64,000 nt of DNA from Deinococcus sp. (GTDB lineage Bacteria; Deinococcota; Deinococci; Deinococcales; Deinococcaceae), in the NCBI GenBank assembly GCA_965261005.1, contig OZ253375.1, positions 2,080,001-2,144,000 of the forward strand. Reading direction: 5' to 3'. How positions within the stretch are numbered: the first letter of the stretch is position 1; every line of letters starts with the position of its first letter. The notes beneath the pieces are model-generated. The model was not told the DNA's origin and ran no database searches. It saw only the letters and a list, made by a program, of their open reading frames with translations. Positions 1 to 8,683 of the stretch are shown in pieces. The position numbers and the translations under genes are program-made.

Positions 1-6
1 GCTTTC

Positions 7-1704
7 ATGATGGACCGCTACACCGTCGGCGTGGACTTCGGCACGCTGTCCGGGCGCGCCGTGCTGGTGCGCGTTTCGGACGGGGCCGAACTCGCCACCC
101 GCGTTCACTCCTATTCACATGGCGTGATTTCTCGGGCGCTGCCGACCACCGGGCAGCACTTGCCCCCGGAGTGGGCCTTGCAGGATCCGCAGGACTATCT
201 GGACGTGCTGGCGACGGCCGTGCCCGCCGTCCTTGAGGAGGCGAACGTGGCGCCCGAGCAGGTGATCGGCGTCGGCATCGACTTCACCTCCTGCACGGTG
301 CTGCCCACCCTCGCGGACGGGACGCCGCTGAGCTTTGTGCCCGAGTTCGCGGCGCGCCCGCACGCCTACGTGAAGCTGTGGAAACACCACGCCGCCCAGC
401 CGCAGGCCGACCGGGTGAACGCCGTGGCAGCGGCGCGCGGCGAGGGATGGTTGGCGCGCTATGGCGGCAAGGTGTCCAGCGAGTGGACCACCGCCAAGGG
501 GTTGCAAATTCTGGAGGAGGACCCAGGCGTCTACGCGGCCAGCGCCCGCTTGATCGAGGCGGCCGACTGGGTCGTGTGGCAGCTGTGCGGCGCGGAAACC
601 CGCAACGTCAGCGCCGCCGGCCACAAGGCGCTGTGGCAAGACGGCCAGTATCCGAGCCGCGACTTCTTCGCGGCCCTGAACCCGGCCTTTGCGGACTTTG
701 CAAGCAAGCTCGACGGCCCCCTCAAGCAGCTTGGGGACCTCGCCGGCCACCTGACGGGGGACGCCGCGCGGCTTACCGGGCTGCGCCCCGGCACGCCGGT
801 AGCGGTCGGCAACGTGGACGCGCACGTCAGCGCGCCCGCCGTGGGCGCCACCTCGGTGGGGCAGATGGTCGCGGTGATGGGCACCAGCACCTGTCACATC
901 CTGACCGACGACGCCCAGCGCGAGGTGCCCGGCATGTGCGGCGTGGTGGCGGGCGGCGTGGTGCCCGGTGCCTACGGCTACGAGGCGGGCCAAAGCGGCG
1001 TCGGCGACATCTTCGCGTGGTTTGTTCAGAACTTCGCGCCGCCCGAGGTGCATGCTGGGGCGCGCGAGGCGGGCCTCGACTTGCACGCTTACCTGACCCG
1101 GCTCGCCGCCCGGCAGGAGATCGGCGAGCACGGGTTGATCGCCCTCGATTGGGAAGGCGGCAACCGCTCCATTTTGGTGGACGCCGACCTCAGCGGCCTG
1201 ATCGTGGGCCTAACGCTGGCCAGCAAGCCCGAGGACGTCTACCGCGCCCTCTTGGAGGCGACTGCCTTCGGGGCGCGCCTGATCGTAGAGACGTTTCGGG
1301 CGTCGGGCGTGGCCGTGCACGAGTTCATCGCGGCGGGCGGCCTGATCAAGAACGCCTTTTTGATGCAGCTCTACGCCGACGTGCTGGGCTTGCCGGTCGG
1401 CGTCGCCGGCACCGAGCAGACCTCGGCCCTCGGGAGCGCCATGCACGCCGCCGTGGCGGCCGGCGCCTACCCCGACATTCGCGCGGCGGCCAGCGCGATG
1501 GGCCGGGTGAGGCGCGGCGCCTACCAGCCCGACCCGGCGCGCCACGCCGCCTACGACGCGCTGTACGGCGAGTACCTCAGCCTGCACGACGCGTTCGGCC
1601 GGACGCGCGCCACCATGCAGACGCTCAAGCGGCTGCGCGAGGCGGCCCACGCGCGCCGGCTGGAGCGCGAGGGTGGGCGCCCGGCGGTGTCCAGTTCCGG
1701 TTAA
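7..1704 (+). CDS. araB: L-ribulokinase (FGGY family)
   Basis: VGVDFGTLSGRA N-terminus; YVKLWKHHAAQ, MGTSTCH, GYEAGQSGVGDIF and LDWEGGNRS motifs typical of AraB. Confidence 0.92.
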   Translation: MMDRYTVGVDFGTLSGRAVLVRVSDGAELATRVHSYSHGVISRALPTTGQHLPPEWALQDPQDYLDVLATAVPAVLEEANVAPEQVIGVGIDFTSCTVLPTLADGTPLSFVPEFAARPHAYVKLWKHHAAQPQADRVNAVAAARGEGWLARYGGKVSSEWTTAKGLQILEEDPGVYAASARLIEAADWVVWQLCGAETRNVSAAGHKALWQDGQYPSRDFFAALNPAFADFASKLDGPLKQLGDLAGHLTGDAARLTGLRPGTPVAVGNVDAHVSAPAVGATSVGQMVAVMGTSTCHILTDDAQREVPGMCGVVAGGVVPGAYGYEAGQSGVGDIFAWFVQNFAPPEVHAGAREAGLDLHAYLTRLAARQEIGEHGLIALDWEGGNRSILVDADLSGLIVGLTLASKPEDVYRALLEATAFGARLIVETFRASGVAVHEFIAAGGLIKNAFLMQLYADVLGLPVGVAGTEQTSALGSAMHAAVAAGAYPDIRAAASAMGRVRRGAYQPDPARHAAYDALYGEYLSLHDAFGRTRATMQTLKRLREAAHARRLEREGGRPAVSSSG

Positions 1705-1860
1705 TACGGATTCCGCTTCCTTCCTCAACACCCTGAACAGCGCCAAGGCTCGGCAAGACGGCCGCCACAATGTTGTCCCAGAGCGCGAAACCCGTCTCTT
1801 TTTCATCTGCTCCGCTGGAAACTCGGTCAACTTCGTTGACAGGCTTTCCGGAACTCGTAT
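1704..1860 (+). repeat. Deinococcus-type small intergenic repeat (SRE/SNR-like), copy A
   Basis: Ends ATACGGATTCCG / CGGAACTCGTAT are imperfect inverted repeats; core CTGCTCCGCTGGAAA; GTCAAC-TTC-GTTGAC hairpin; colinear with 34672-34807 and 50328-50462. Confidence 0.88.
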
Positions 1861-1862
1861 GG

Positions 1863-2288
1863 TCAGGCCGGCGTGTACAGTAGCAGGTTGCCCACGCACT
1901 TGGCGCTCAGCTCGCCGCCCTCGCGCAACATCTCGCAGGTGGCGCGCGCCGTCTCCAAGTTGAGCCGCAGCGCCTGCGCCACGCCGTGGGCGGTGTCGCG
2001 GCGCCCCATCAGGTAGTCGAGAATGGCCGCCGCCTTGTCTTGGCGCACGGCCTCCCGGTCATAATCAAAGGTGATCAGCGCGTAGCCGCCGCTGTGGGCG
2101 CACACCTGGCCCGCCTCCATCAAGTCGGTGAGGACTTCGTTCAGCTTGGTCGCGTTCAGCCGCAAGGCGCCGATCAGCGCGCTGTTGCCCGCGTGGCCGT
2201 GCTCCGCGAGGTGGGCGAGCACGCGCTCGTGCGCGCTGCGGTCGCGTGGTGGTGGGATGAATTTTGGCTTGGCGGCGGTCGCGGTCAT
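1863..2288 (-). CDS. Hypothetical protein with two probable winged-HTH domains
   Basis: 141 aa; AAAGGA RBS upstream; two HTH-like halves (RVLAHLAEHG...LNEVLTDLMEAGQV and AILDYLMGR...ARATCEMLREGGEL). Confidence 0.6.
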   Translation of the reverse strand: MTATAAKPKFIPPPRDRSAHERVLAHLAEHGHAGNSALIGALRLNATKLNEVLTDLMEAGQVCAHSGGYALITFDYDREAVRQDKAAAILDYLMGRRDTAHGVAQALRLNLETARATCEMLREGGELSAKCVGNLLLYTPA

Positions 2289-2336
2289 GAACAGTCCTTT
2301 CGGGCGATGGGGCGAGTGGTGAAAACCTTATGAGCA

Positions 2337-2360
2337 CACCTTAAAGGTGGCACTCTGACA
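2337..2360 (-). promoter_or_regulatory. Putative promoter/operator motif TGTCAGA-N9-TTAAGGTG
   Basis: Same motif with identical spacing at 6137-6160; contains -10-like TAAGGT. Confidence 0.45.
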
Positions 2361-2426
2361 AAAGGCTTACTGCCCGCTTCGCCCGCAACAGGACCTGTTC
2401 GGACATCCTCTCCGCTTGGCAGCAAG

Positions 2427-2458
2427 AAAAGGGGCGCGGCTCGTGGCCACGCCCCCTT
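2427..2458 (-). terminator. Probable intrinsic terminator after the lipoprotein gene
   Basis: GGGGCGTGGC/GCCGCGCCCC stem followed by TTTT on the minus strand. Confidence 0.6.
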
Positions 2459-2471
2459 GAAACCGGTGAAT

Positions 2472-3089
2472 TTACTGGCGCCGGAGTGGCGTGCAGGCGA
2501 CGCCGGGATCGGCGGTCGCCCCGTCCGGGCCGGTGGCGGTGTGAATGTTGAAGTAGGTGGCGTTCGCGATGTTCGCCGTGGGCACCGTGCCGCTCATGGT
2601 CAAGGCGCCCTGGGTGTCCGTCTGCCCGACGATCTTGGACGACAGAATCGGGTCGCCGCCCGACGCGCACGGATCGGTGCCCGCCGTGCCTTGAAGGTGG
2701 TAGTGCGCCACGTAAAAGGTGCCGGGCATCAGGTTGGTCAAGCTGACGTCGGACTTGGTGTTGCCGTCCGGCGTTTGGGACACCCTGACCGTGCCGACCG
2801 GCGTCACGTTGGCGGGCGCCGTCGGCTGTTGGGTAACTTGGTAGTTGCCCGAGGGATCGCCGGTGGTGGCTGCCGGGGCAGCTGTGGCTGTGGTCGTCGT
2901 GGTGGCGGGCGCTGTCGTCGTCGTGGTCGCCGCCGCCGTGGTGTCGGTGCTATCAGGCGGCGCCGTATCCGGCGTCGTCGGCGTGGTGTTGGCGACAATG
3001 CTGTCCGAGGTCGTGTCGGCGGTGTTGGCGGGCGCGCAGGCGCCCAGGGCGAGCATGCCCACAATTCCCATTCCCAGCAACTTTTTCAT
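2472..3089 (-). CDS. Lipoprotein with Thr/Ala-rich linker and Cu/Zn-SOD-like (or CHRD-like) C-terminal domain
   Basis: Lipobox LGAC; low-complexity T/A/P linker; AHYH, PCASGG, YFNIH and VAC motifs; AAGGAG RBS. Confidence 0.7.
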   Translation of the reverse strand: MKKLLGMGIVGMLALGACAPANTADTTSDSIVANTTPTTPDTAPPDSTDTTAAATTTTTAPATTTTTATAAPAATTGDPSGNYQVTQQPTAPANVTPVGTVRVSQTPDGNTKSDVSLTNLMPGTFYVAHYHLQGTAGTDPCASGGDPILSSKIVGQTDTQGALTMSGTVPTANIANATYFNIHTATGPDGATADPGVACTPLRRQ

Positions 3090-3423
3090 GGTAGTTCTCC
3101 TTCAGACGAACCGTAAGCGCTGAGCCGATAAGACGAACGTAAGCAATCCGGCAAATAGAAAGTCATGTGAAGAGAGGAGGGCGCGAGGCTTAATCCTTGC
3201 TCAGATGAGCTGAACACGCTGCTTAAGCAACGCTTGAGGTGGGCGTCCATGAACGCTCGCTGACCGCCCGCTTTAAGCCCTTGTCATCTGGCCCTCTAAG
3301 TTGGGGTGTTCGATGGTTGGGCAAGCCCGAAAGACCGAGAGGTGGACCGTTCACACGGGGTGAATTAGCGTCCGCCGGGCTGTGAAAGACGTTCACAGGC
3401 GCCGAGCGCCCCAGGAGGACGTG

Positions 3424-4404
3424 ATGAACGACCGGAACTATGACCGCGCTTATGACCGCAACGACGACCGTGATGACCGCAACCGGACATCAGATCGCCG
3501 CGACATGAACCGCGACGACCGCTCGTATGACGCTTACCGGGCGCAGAACCGCAACCCGAACGCCGGGAGCGGCATGTCCCTGCGCGACGAGTACCAGGAC
3601 CGCTTCGACCGCCCTTATGGCGAGGGCAACGGCTACGGCGTGTACGGCGACCGCGACCAGGGCTACGGCCTGGGCAGCGACCGCAGCACCTACTCTGACC
3701 GCGACATGGGCAACCTGGAGCGTGACCGTTATGGGCGTGGCGACGCCGTGCGGGGCGACCAGTACCAGACGCGCTACCAATCGCGGCAATCCCAGGCCGG
3801 GTACGGCCGGGACCGCTCCGAGGACCGCGAGATCGTGCGTCCCACCGAGGACAGCCAGACTCGGCAACGCGGTTACGGCACCTACGCCGGCGGCGGCGAC
3901 GAGCGCTGGGACCGCCAAGGCCAATCTTACGGGGACCAGTCTTATGGGGACCAGGCAAACCAAGGTCAGGCTTATCAAGGACAGCACTACGGGCGCGGCC
4001 CCAAGAACTACCAGCGCAGCGACGACCGTATTCGCGAGGACGTGAACGAGCAGCTGACCTACCACCACGATCTCGACGCGACCGACATCGAGGTCAAGGC
4101 TGAAAACGGTGAGGTGACCTTGACCGGCACGGTGTCCGACCGCCGCCAAAAGCGCATGGCCGAGGACGCCGCCGAGGGCGTGCGCGGGGTCAAGGATGTG
4201 CACAACCAGCTGCGGGTGCGGCGTGACCAGGATGAGTCCAGCATTCCAGGTGCGAGCGACCAGCCGAGCGGCGGCCAGCAGGGCAGCGACCTGAGCGCCA
4301 CGCAGATGTCCGGCGGTGATACCACCGGCCTGACCACCGCTGGCACCACGATCAGCAGCACGCCGGCCTCTGGCCGCAGGAACACCAGCAACAAGCAGTC
4401 GTAG
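3424..4404 (+). CDS. BON-domain protein with long disordered R/D/G/Y/Q-rich N-terminus
   Basis: GRGPKNYQRSDDRIREDV...DATDIEVKAENGEVTLTGTV...GVKDVHNQLRV BON signature; AGGAGG RBS. Confidence 0.88.
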   Translation: MNDRNYDRAYDRNDDRDDRNRTSDRRDMNRDDRSYDAYRAQNRNPNAGSGMSLRDEYQDRFDRPYGEGNGYGVYGDRDQGYGLGSDRSTYSDRDMGNLERDRYGRGDAVRGDQYQTRYQSRQSQAGYGRDRSEDREIVRPTEDSQTRQRGYGTYAGGGDERWDRQGQSYGDQSYGDQANQGQAYQGQHYGRGPKNYQRSDDRIREDVNEQLTYHHDLDATDIEVKAENGEVTLTGTVSDRRQKRMAEDAAEGVRGVKDVHNQLRVRRDQDESSIPGASDQPSGGQQGSDLSATQMSGGDTTGLTTAGTTISSTPASGRRNTSNKQS

Positions 4405-4422
4405 GCTACATGGTTAAGGCGG

Positions 4423-4454
4423 CAAAGAGCCGGACCCTTGGGTCCGGCTCTTTG
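4423..4454. terminator. Bidirectional terminator hairpin between convergent genes
   Basis: Perfect 15-bp inverted repeat CAAAGAGCCGGACCC-TT-GGGTCCGGCTCTTTG. Confidence 0.8.
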
Positions 4455-4457
4455 TGG

Positions 4458-5462
4458 TCAGTTTCCCAGCATGTACAGCAGCGCTTCCGGCAGGGCCGCC
4501 CGCCAAGTGACCCAGTTGTGGCCGCTTTGGTACTCGCGGTACTGATGCTGAACGCCCGCGTCCGCCAGCAGCGCCGCCATGCGCCGGTTGGGAGCGAGCA
4601 GCCACTCCAGCGTGCCGCTGTCGAGGGACACGCGCAGATGAGCGGGTGGGCGGTTCCTCAGCTGTTCCAGCAACCACTCGCCCGCCCCGGTGGTGTCGAA
4701 GCTGGAACTCGCCGGGTCGGCGATCCAGGCGCCCGAGTGCGCCACCACCATCGAAAACAGCTCGGGATGCTGGCTACCCAGGTAGAGGCTGATCAAACCG
4801 CCCAGCGAGGCGCCCCACAGGCCGCGCCCCGCCGCCCCGCGCGACACGCTGAAGCGCGCCTCCACCTGCGGGGTCACCTCGCCCAGCAGAAAGTCGAGGT
4901 AGCGGTCGTTCAGGTAGTACTCGCGCGTGCGGTCGCCCGGCTCCACGAAGACCAGCACGGCGGGCCGCACCAGCCCGGCCGCGAGCGCCTTGTCCAGCAG
5001 CGCCCCCAGCTTGCCGGTGCGTAAAAAGGCCACCCCATCCTGAACGTACAAGGCGGGATAGCTGAGGGCCGGGTCGTAGCCAGGCGGGGTGTAGACGTAG
5101 GCGCGCCGCTTGCCGGGAAAGATCGCGCCGTCCCAGGCCAGCCGCCACTCCTCGCCGCTGACGGCCGGCTCCGGCGCGCTCCACAGCGGGTGGCGGGCGT
5201 AGGTGCCCACCTCCACCGCGCGCGGATACGGCCACCAGGGGTTCAGGCTCTTCCGGGGGTTATCGGGGTCGGCGAAGGGTTTCCCGTCCGCGTCCAGCCA
5301 GGCATACTCGGTCCACGAGTCGCGCGGCAATTCCAGGCGCAGCTCGCCGCCGGTCACGGGCAGCGGCCGTCCCTTGTCCCAATCGGTGAAGTCACCCACC
5401 AAGGAGACCGCCCCCACGGGCGGCGTGAAGATCGCGCTGCGATTCTCGACGGTCACGGCCAT
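4458..5462 (-). CDS. Putative esterase (enterochelin-esterase-like alpha/beta hydrolase with N-terminal CBM48-like domain)
   Basis: VSLVGDFTDW, YVYTPPGY, GASLGG nucleophile elbow, GHNW; TAGACT 6 nt before ATG. Confidence 0.85.
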   Translation of the reverse strand: MAVTVENRSAIFTPPVGAVSLVGDFTDWDKGRPLPVTGGELRLELPRDSWTEYAWLDADGKPFADPDNPRKSLNPWWPYPRAVEVGTYARHPLWSAPEPAVSGEEWRLAWDGAIFPGKRRAYVYTPPGYDPALSYPALYVQDGVAFLRTGKLGALLDKALAAGLVRPAVLVFVEPGDRTREYYLNDRYLDFLLGEVTPQVEARFSVSRGAAGRGLWGASLGGLISLYLGSQHPELFSMVVAHSGAWIADPASSSFDTTGAGEWLLEQLRNRPPAHLRVSLDSGTLEWLLAPNRRMAALLADAGVQHQYREYQSGHNWVTWRAALPEALLYMLGN

Positions 5463-5483
5463 GCGGGAAGTCTAGACCGTTCT

Positions 5484-6098
5484 CTAGCTGCCGAAGTGGC
5501 TGAAGGTGCCCTTCACGTCCCCCAGGCTGAAGGTGAGCGTGCAGCCGGCGAGACTGTCGCTGGGCGAGGTGATCTGGGCGCTGATCTTGGCGGTGTTGGT
5601 GCCGCCGCCCGTCGCGATGGCAAAGGCGGCGCGGGTCTGCCCCTCGTCCGCCTGAAGCGTGAAGCTGTTGGCGGCGACGCTATAGCTGCCGGTCGCGTTC
5701 TTGGTGAGCGTGAGTTGGGCGCTGCTTTTGTTGGCGATGGTGGTGCTGCGGCCGGGGTCGGAGAGGGTGATGGTCGGGTCGCTGACGGTTGCGCTGAAGC
5801 TGCTGGGCGCGCCCAGGCAGGTGGGGTTGACGCTGGCCGTCGCCAGGCTCAGCTTGACCAGCGCGCTGCGCGGCACGATGCCGTGGTTGTCCACGTGAAT
5901 GTCCTCGAAGGTCTGGCGGCCGTCCGAGTTGTAGGTCAGGGTGCCCGCGACGCTCTGCTGTTGCAGGCCCGACGACGACAAGCTGGCCCCCTGGAGGCCG
6001 GGATCGAAGTCCTGCGGCGGCACAAAGCTGCCGATAATGTTGCCGCAGCCGGCCAGCAGTGCGGCCAAGGCGGGAACGAGGGTCAAGCGTGCGTTCAT
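5484..6098 (-). CDS. Hypothetical lipoprotein
   Basis: Lipobox LAGC; beta-rich S/T-rich mature region; GGAGG RBS. Confidence 0.7.
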   Translation of the reverse strand: MNARLTLVPALAALLAGCGNIIGSFVPPQDFDPGLQGASLSSSGLQQQSVAGTLTYNSDGRQTFEDIHVDNHGIVPRSALVKLSLATASVNPTCLGAPSSFSATVSDPTITLSDPGRSTTIANKSSAQLTLTKNATGSYSVAANSFTLQADEGQTRAAFAIATGGGTNTAKISAQITSPSDSLAGCTLTFSLGDVKGTFSHFGS

Positions 6099-6136
6099 GG
6101 GTTCCTCCAAAGAGCGTGGGCAAATTGCGACGCCCT

Positions 6137-6160
6137 CACCTTAACCCTGGCCGTCTTACA
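6137..6160 (-). promoter_or_regulatory. Putative promoter/operator motif TGTAAGA-N9-TTAAGGTG
   Basis: Matches 2337-2360 in sequence and spacing. Confidence 0.45.
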
Positions 6161-6220
6161 GAGTCATGACTGGACCTCCCTAAAAGCCCTGTCCGGGCAA
6201 CCCAGCGGGGTGGCTCCTCA

Positions 6221-6700
6221 TCAGTCGGTTTGGCCCGGTTTCAGCGTGGCGCCCACCACGCCCGGATTGCCCTGCGTCCACAGCCCGGTGACCCGTCGCG
6301 TGGCGATTCGCCAACCCTCGGGCGTCCGGACCATCCGGTCGTCGTAGCGTCCGCCAATCAGGTAGTGCACTCCGCCCTCCGTGCCGACGCGCACGTGCTG
6401 GGCTTGAAAGTAACAGCTCGTCTGGGCCTCGTCACCCTGGACAGCACACTCGACGTTGCCGATCAGGTGCTGGGTGACGTCGAGCGGGGTCAAAAAGGCT
6501 TGGTATTGGCGTGCGATCTGCTCAAAGCCCTCGGTCTTGCCCGTGGCGAACAGCCCAATTGAGGTCGGGGTGTAGCAGGTAGAAAGCAGGGTCCAGTCGC
6601 GGGTGTCCATGGCCCGCGCCGTGCGAAAGATCAGCGCGCTGATCTCGGCGCGGTCCACCAGTTGGGTCATCGGCTCGGCCGTCTGCATTTCAGTCGTCAT
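6221..6700 (-). CDS. SnoaL-like / NTF2-family protein
   Basis: LVDRAEISAL...ARAMDTRDW, TQHLIGN, GGRYDDRMVRTPEGWRI motifs. Confidence 0.85.
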   Translation of the reverse strand: MTTEMQTAEPMTQLVDRAEISALIFRTARAMDTRDWTLLSTCYTPTSIGLFATGKTEGFEQIARQYQAFLTPLDVTQHLIGNVECAVQGDEAQTSCYFQAQHVRVGTEGGVHYLIGGRYDDRMVRTPEGWRIATRRVTGLWTQGNPGVVGATLKPGQTD

Positions 6701-6754
6701 GCTGGTTGTCCTTTCTGCGACCTGGCGTCGTGGTTGCCGCGCACACATTACGCA

Positions 6755-7942
6755 TCACGACTCATGCACGTCGCGGACGCCCGGCTCGCTCAGGCTCTGG
6801 ACCCGTATGGGCCGGTTGAGCAACAGGGCGACGAACACCATGAGCAAGGCCGGGAGCGCCAGCCACGTCACCCCGATCACCGGGAGCAGCACGCTGCCCA
6901 GCCAAGACCCAACGCTGATGCCCAGGTACAAGATGCTGGCGTTCAGGGCCAGCATCAAACCCCGCTGGCGCTCGTTCAAGCTGATCAGGCGCGCCTGCTG
7001 CGGGGCGGTGAACAAACTGATGAAAAATGACCAGATCGCGAACAGCAACAGACCCAGCCAGGGCCAAGCCGGCGCGATCAGCAGCCCGACCAGCGAGAGG
7101 GCCGCGCCGCCCAAGCTGAACAGCAGCAGCTGATCGCTGCTCAGGCGACGGCTGAAGGTGCCAATCAGGGCGTTGCCCACCACGCCCGCGATGCCGAACG
7201 CCAGCAGTGAGGCGGAAATCCAACTGGCGGGGCTGTCAAAGCGCCCACCCAGGTAGCTGCCAATCACCGCAAACAGCAAAAACGGCGCCCCCATCTGGAG
7301 CAAGGTGGTGAGCAGGGTGGGCGTTACGCCGCGTTGGGTCAGGGCCTGCCGGTAGGCCCGCAGGGTCACGCGTTGTCCGGCGACCACCCCGGGCACCAAC
7401 CGCCACAGCAACCCTGTGGCCAGCAGCGTCAAGGCCCCGATGGCCAGCAGCGTGTCTCTCCACCCCAAGGCCGGACCCAGAGCCGAGGCCAGCGGGACGC
7501 CCAGCACGCTCGCCAAGGTGAAGCCGGCAAACACCGTGGCCAGCGCGCGGGGCCGCTCATCTTCCGGCACCAAAAGACTCCCGATGGCCGAGGCCACCGG
7601 TCCCACCACCGAGGCGCCCACGGCGGCCAACACGCGGGTCCACAGCAGCACGGCGAAATTCTGTGCCAGCGCGCCGAGTCCCAAGCCCACCACCAACAAG
7701 ACCAGGCCGCTGAGCAGCAGGGTCTTGCGCGGCAGGTGCCCCACCAAGCTCTGCGACAGCAGGGCGCACACCGCGAAGGTCAGGGCGAAGGCCGTGACCA
7801 GCAGGCCGGTCTGTGCAGGCGTGACGTGCAGATCGGCGCTGATCCGCCCGCCAAGCCCCACCACCGAAAGCGAGGCCGTGCCCACCACAAAATAAGCCAG
7901 GCCCAGCGACCCGAGCGCCAAGCGCGAGTACCGCGCGGACAT
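6755..7942 (-). CDS. MFS transporter (AraJ/PbuE-like efflux)
   Basis: About 12 hydrophobic segments; GLLVTAFALTFA, RVLAAVG, LGVPLASALGPALGWR motifs. Confidence 0.88.
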   Translation of the reverse strand: MSARYSRLALGSLGLAYFVVGTASLSVVGLGGRISADLHVTPAQTGLLVTAFALTFAVCALLSQSLVGHLPRKTLLLSGLVLLVVGLGLGALAQNFAVLLWTRVLAAVGASVVGPVASAIGSLLVPEDERPRALATVFAGFTLASVLGVPLASALGPALGWRDTLLAIGALTLLATGLLWRLVPGVVAGQRVTLRAYRQALTQRGVTPTLLTTLLQMGAPFLLFAVIGSYLGGRFDSPASWISASLLAFGIAGVVGNALIGTFSRRLSSDQLLLFSLGGAALSLVGLLIAPAWPWLGLLLFAIWSFFISLFTAPQQARLISLNERQRGLMLALNASILYLGISVGSWLGSVLLPVIGVTWLALPALLMVFVALLLNRPIRVQSLSEPGVRDVHES

Positions 7943-7974
7943 TTCCGTGACACCTTGTTGCATAAATAAGATTA

Positions 7975-7994
7975 AATACGAGACGTTATGTATT
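7975..7994. promoter_or_regulatory. Probable TetR operator between divergent MFS and tetR genes
   Basis: Imperfect palindrome AATACGAGACGTTATGTATT in an AT-rich divergent promoter region. Confidence 0.6.
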
Positions 7995-8016
7995 GTCAAC
8001 ATGCTAAAATACAGCC

Positions 8017-8613
8017 ATGACTCCTGTCTCCTCCTCTCCGCCGACTGGACCGGGACGTCCGCGCAACGCGGCCCATTCCGAAGCTGCCAAGGCGGCGGCT
8101 ATTGAACTGCTGCTGGAGCAGGGCTACGGCGCCGTCAACATGGAAACCATTGCCAAGCGAACCGGCATCGCGCGCCAAACGCTGTACCGCCGCTGGCCAC
8201 ACAAGCGCGTCCTGATCCTCGACGCCTTTGCCGAGACCGCCGCCGCCCTGCCGCCGCTGCCGGACACCGGTGATCTGGAGGGCGATTTGCGGGCGCTGCT
8301 GCGGGACACCTGCGAGCAGTTGCAGGGCGAGTGCGGCGCGACCAACCGCGCGCTGGTGGCCGAGGGCCTGCAACACCCGGAGTTCGCCGCCCTGCTGCGC
8401 GACCAGCTGTTCAGCGGGCGGCGACGGCAGGCCGGCCTGCTGTTCCAGCGAGCCCGTGAGCGGGGCGAGGGCCGCGAGTTCGACGACGATCTGCTGGCTG
8501 ACCTGCTGTTCGGACCGCTGTGGTACCGCCTGTTGCTGCACAACGAGGCGCCAACCGCCGCGCTGGCCGACCAGGTGGCCCGCTCGGTGGCCCGCCAGGC
8601 GCGTCAAGGCTGA
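8017..8613 (+). CDS. TetR/AcrR family regulator
   Basis: GRPR...GYGAVNMETIAKRTGIARQTLYRRWP HTH; PDTGDLEGDL; TAAAAT 6 nt before ATG. Confidence 0.9.
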   Translation: MTPVSSSPPTGPGRPRNAAHSEAAKAAAIELLLEQGYGAVNMETIAKRTGIARQTLYRRWPHKRVLILDAFAETAAALPPLPDTGDLEGDLRALLRDTCEQLQGECGATNRALVAEGLQHPEFAALLRDQLFSGRRRQAGLLFQRARERGEGREFDDDLLADLLFGPLWYRLLLHNEAPTAALADQVARSVARQARQG

Positions 8614-8670
8614 TACAGATTCCGCTTCGTTCCTCAATATTGGGCGCTTTCCCTTGCCGGGGAGCGCGAA
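8613..8670 (+). repeat. Truncated small intergenic repeat, copy B
   Basis: ATACAGATTCCGCTTCGTTCCTCAATATTGGG matches the 5' end of copies A, D and I; right boundary approximate. Confidence 0.75.
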
Positions 8671-8683
8671 GCGCCTCACAAAG

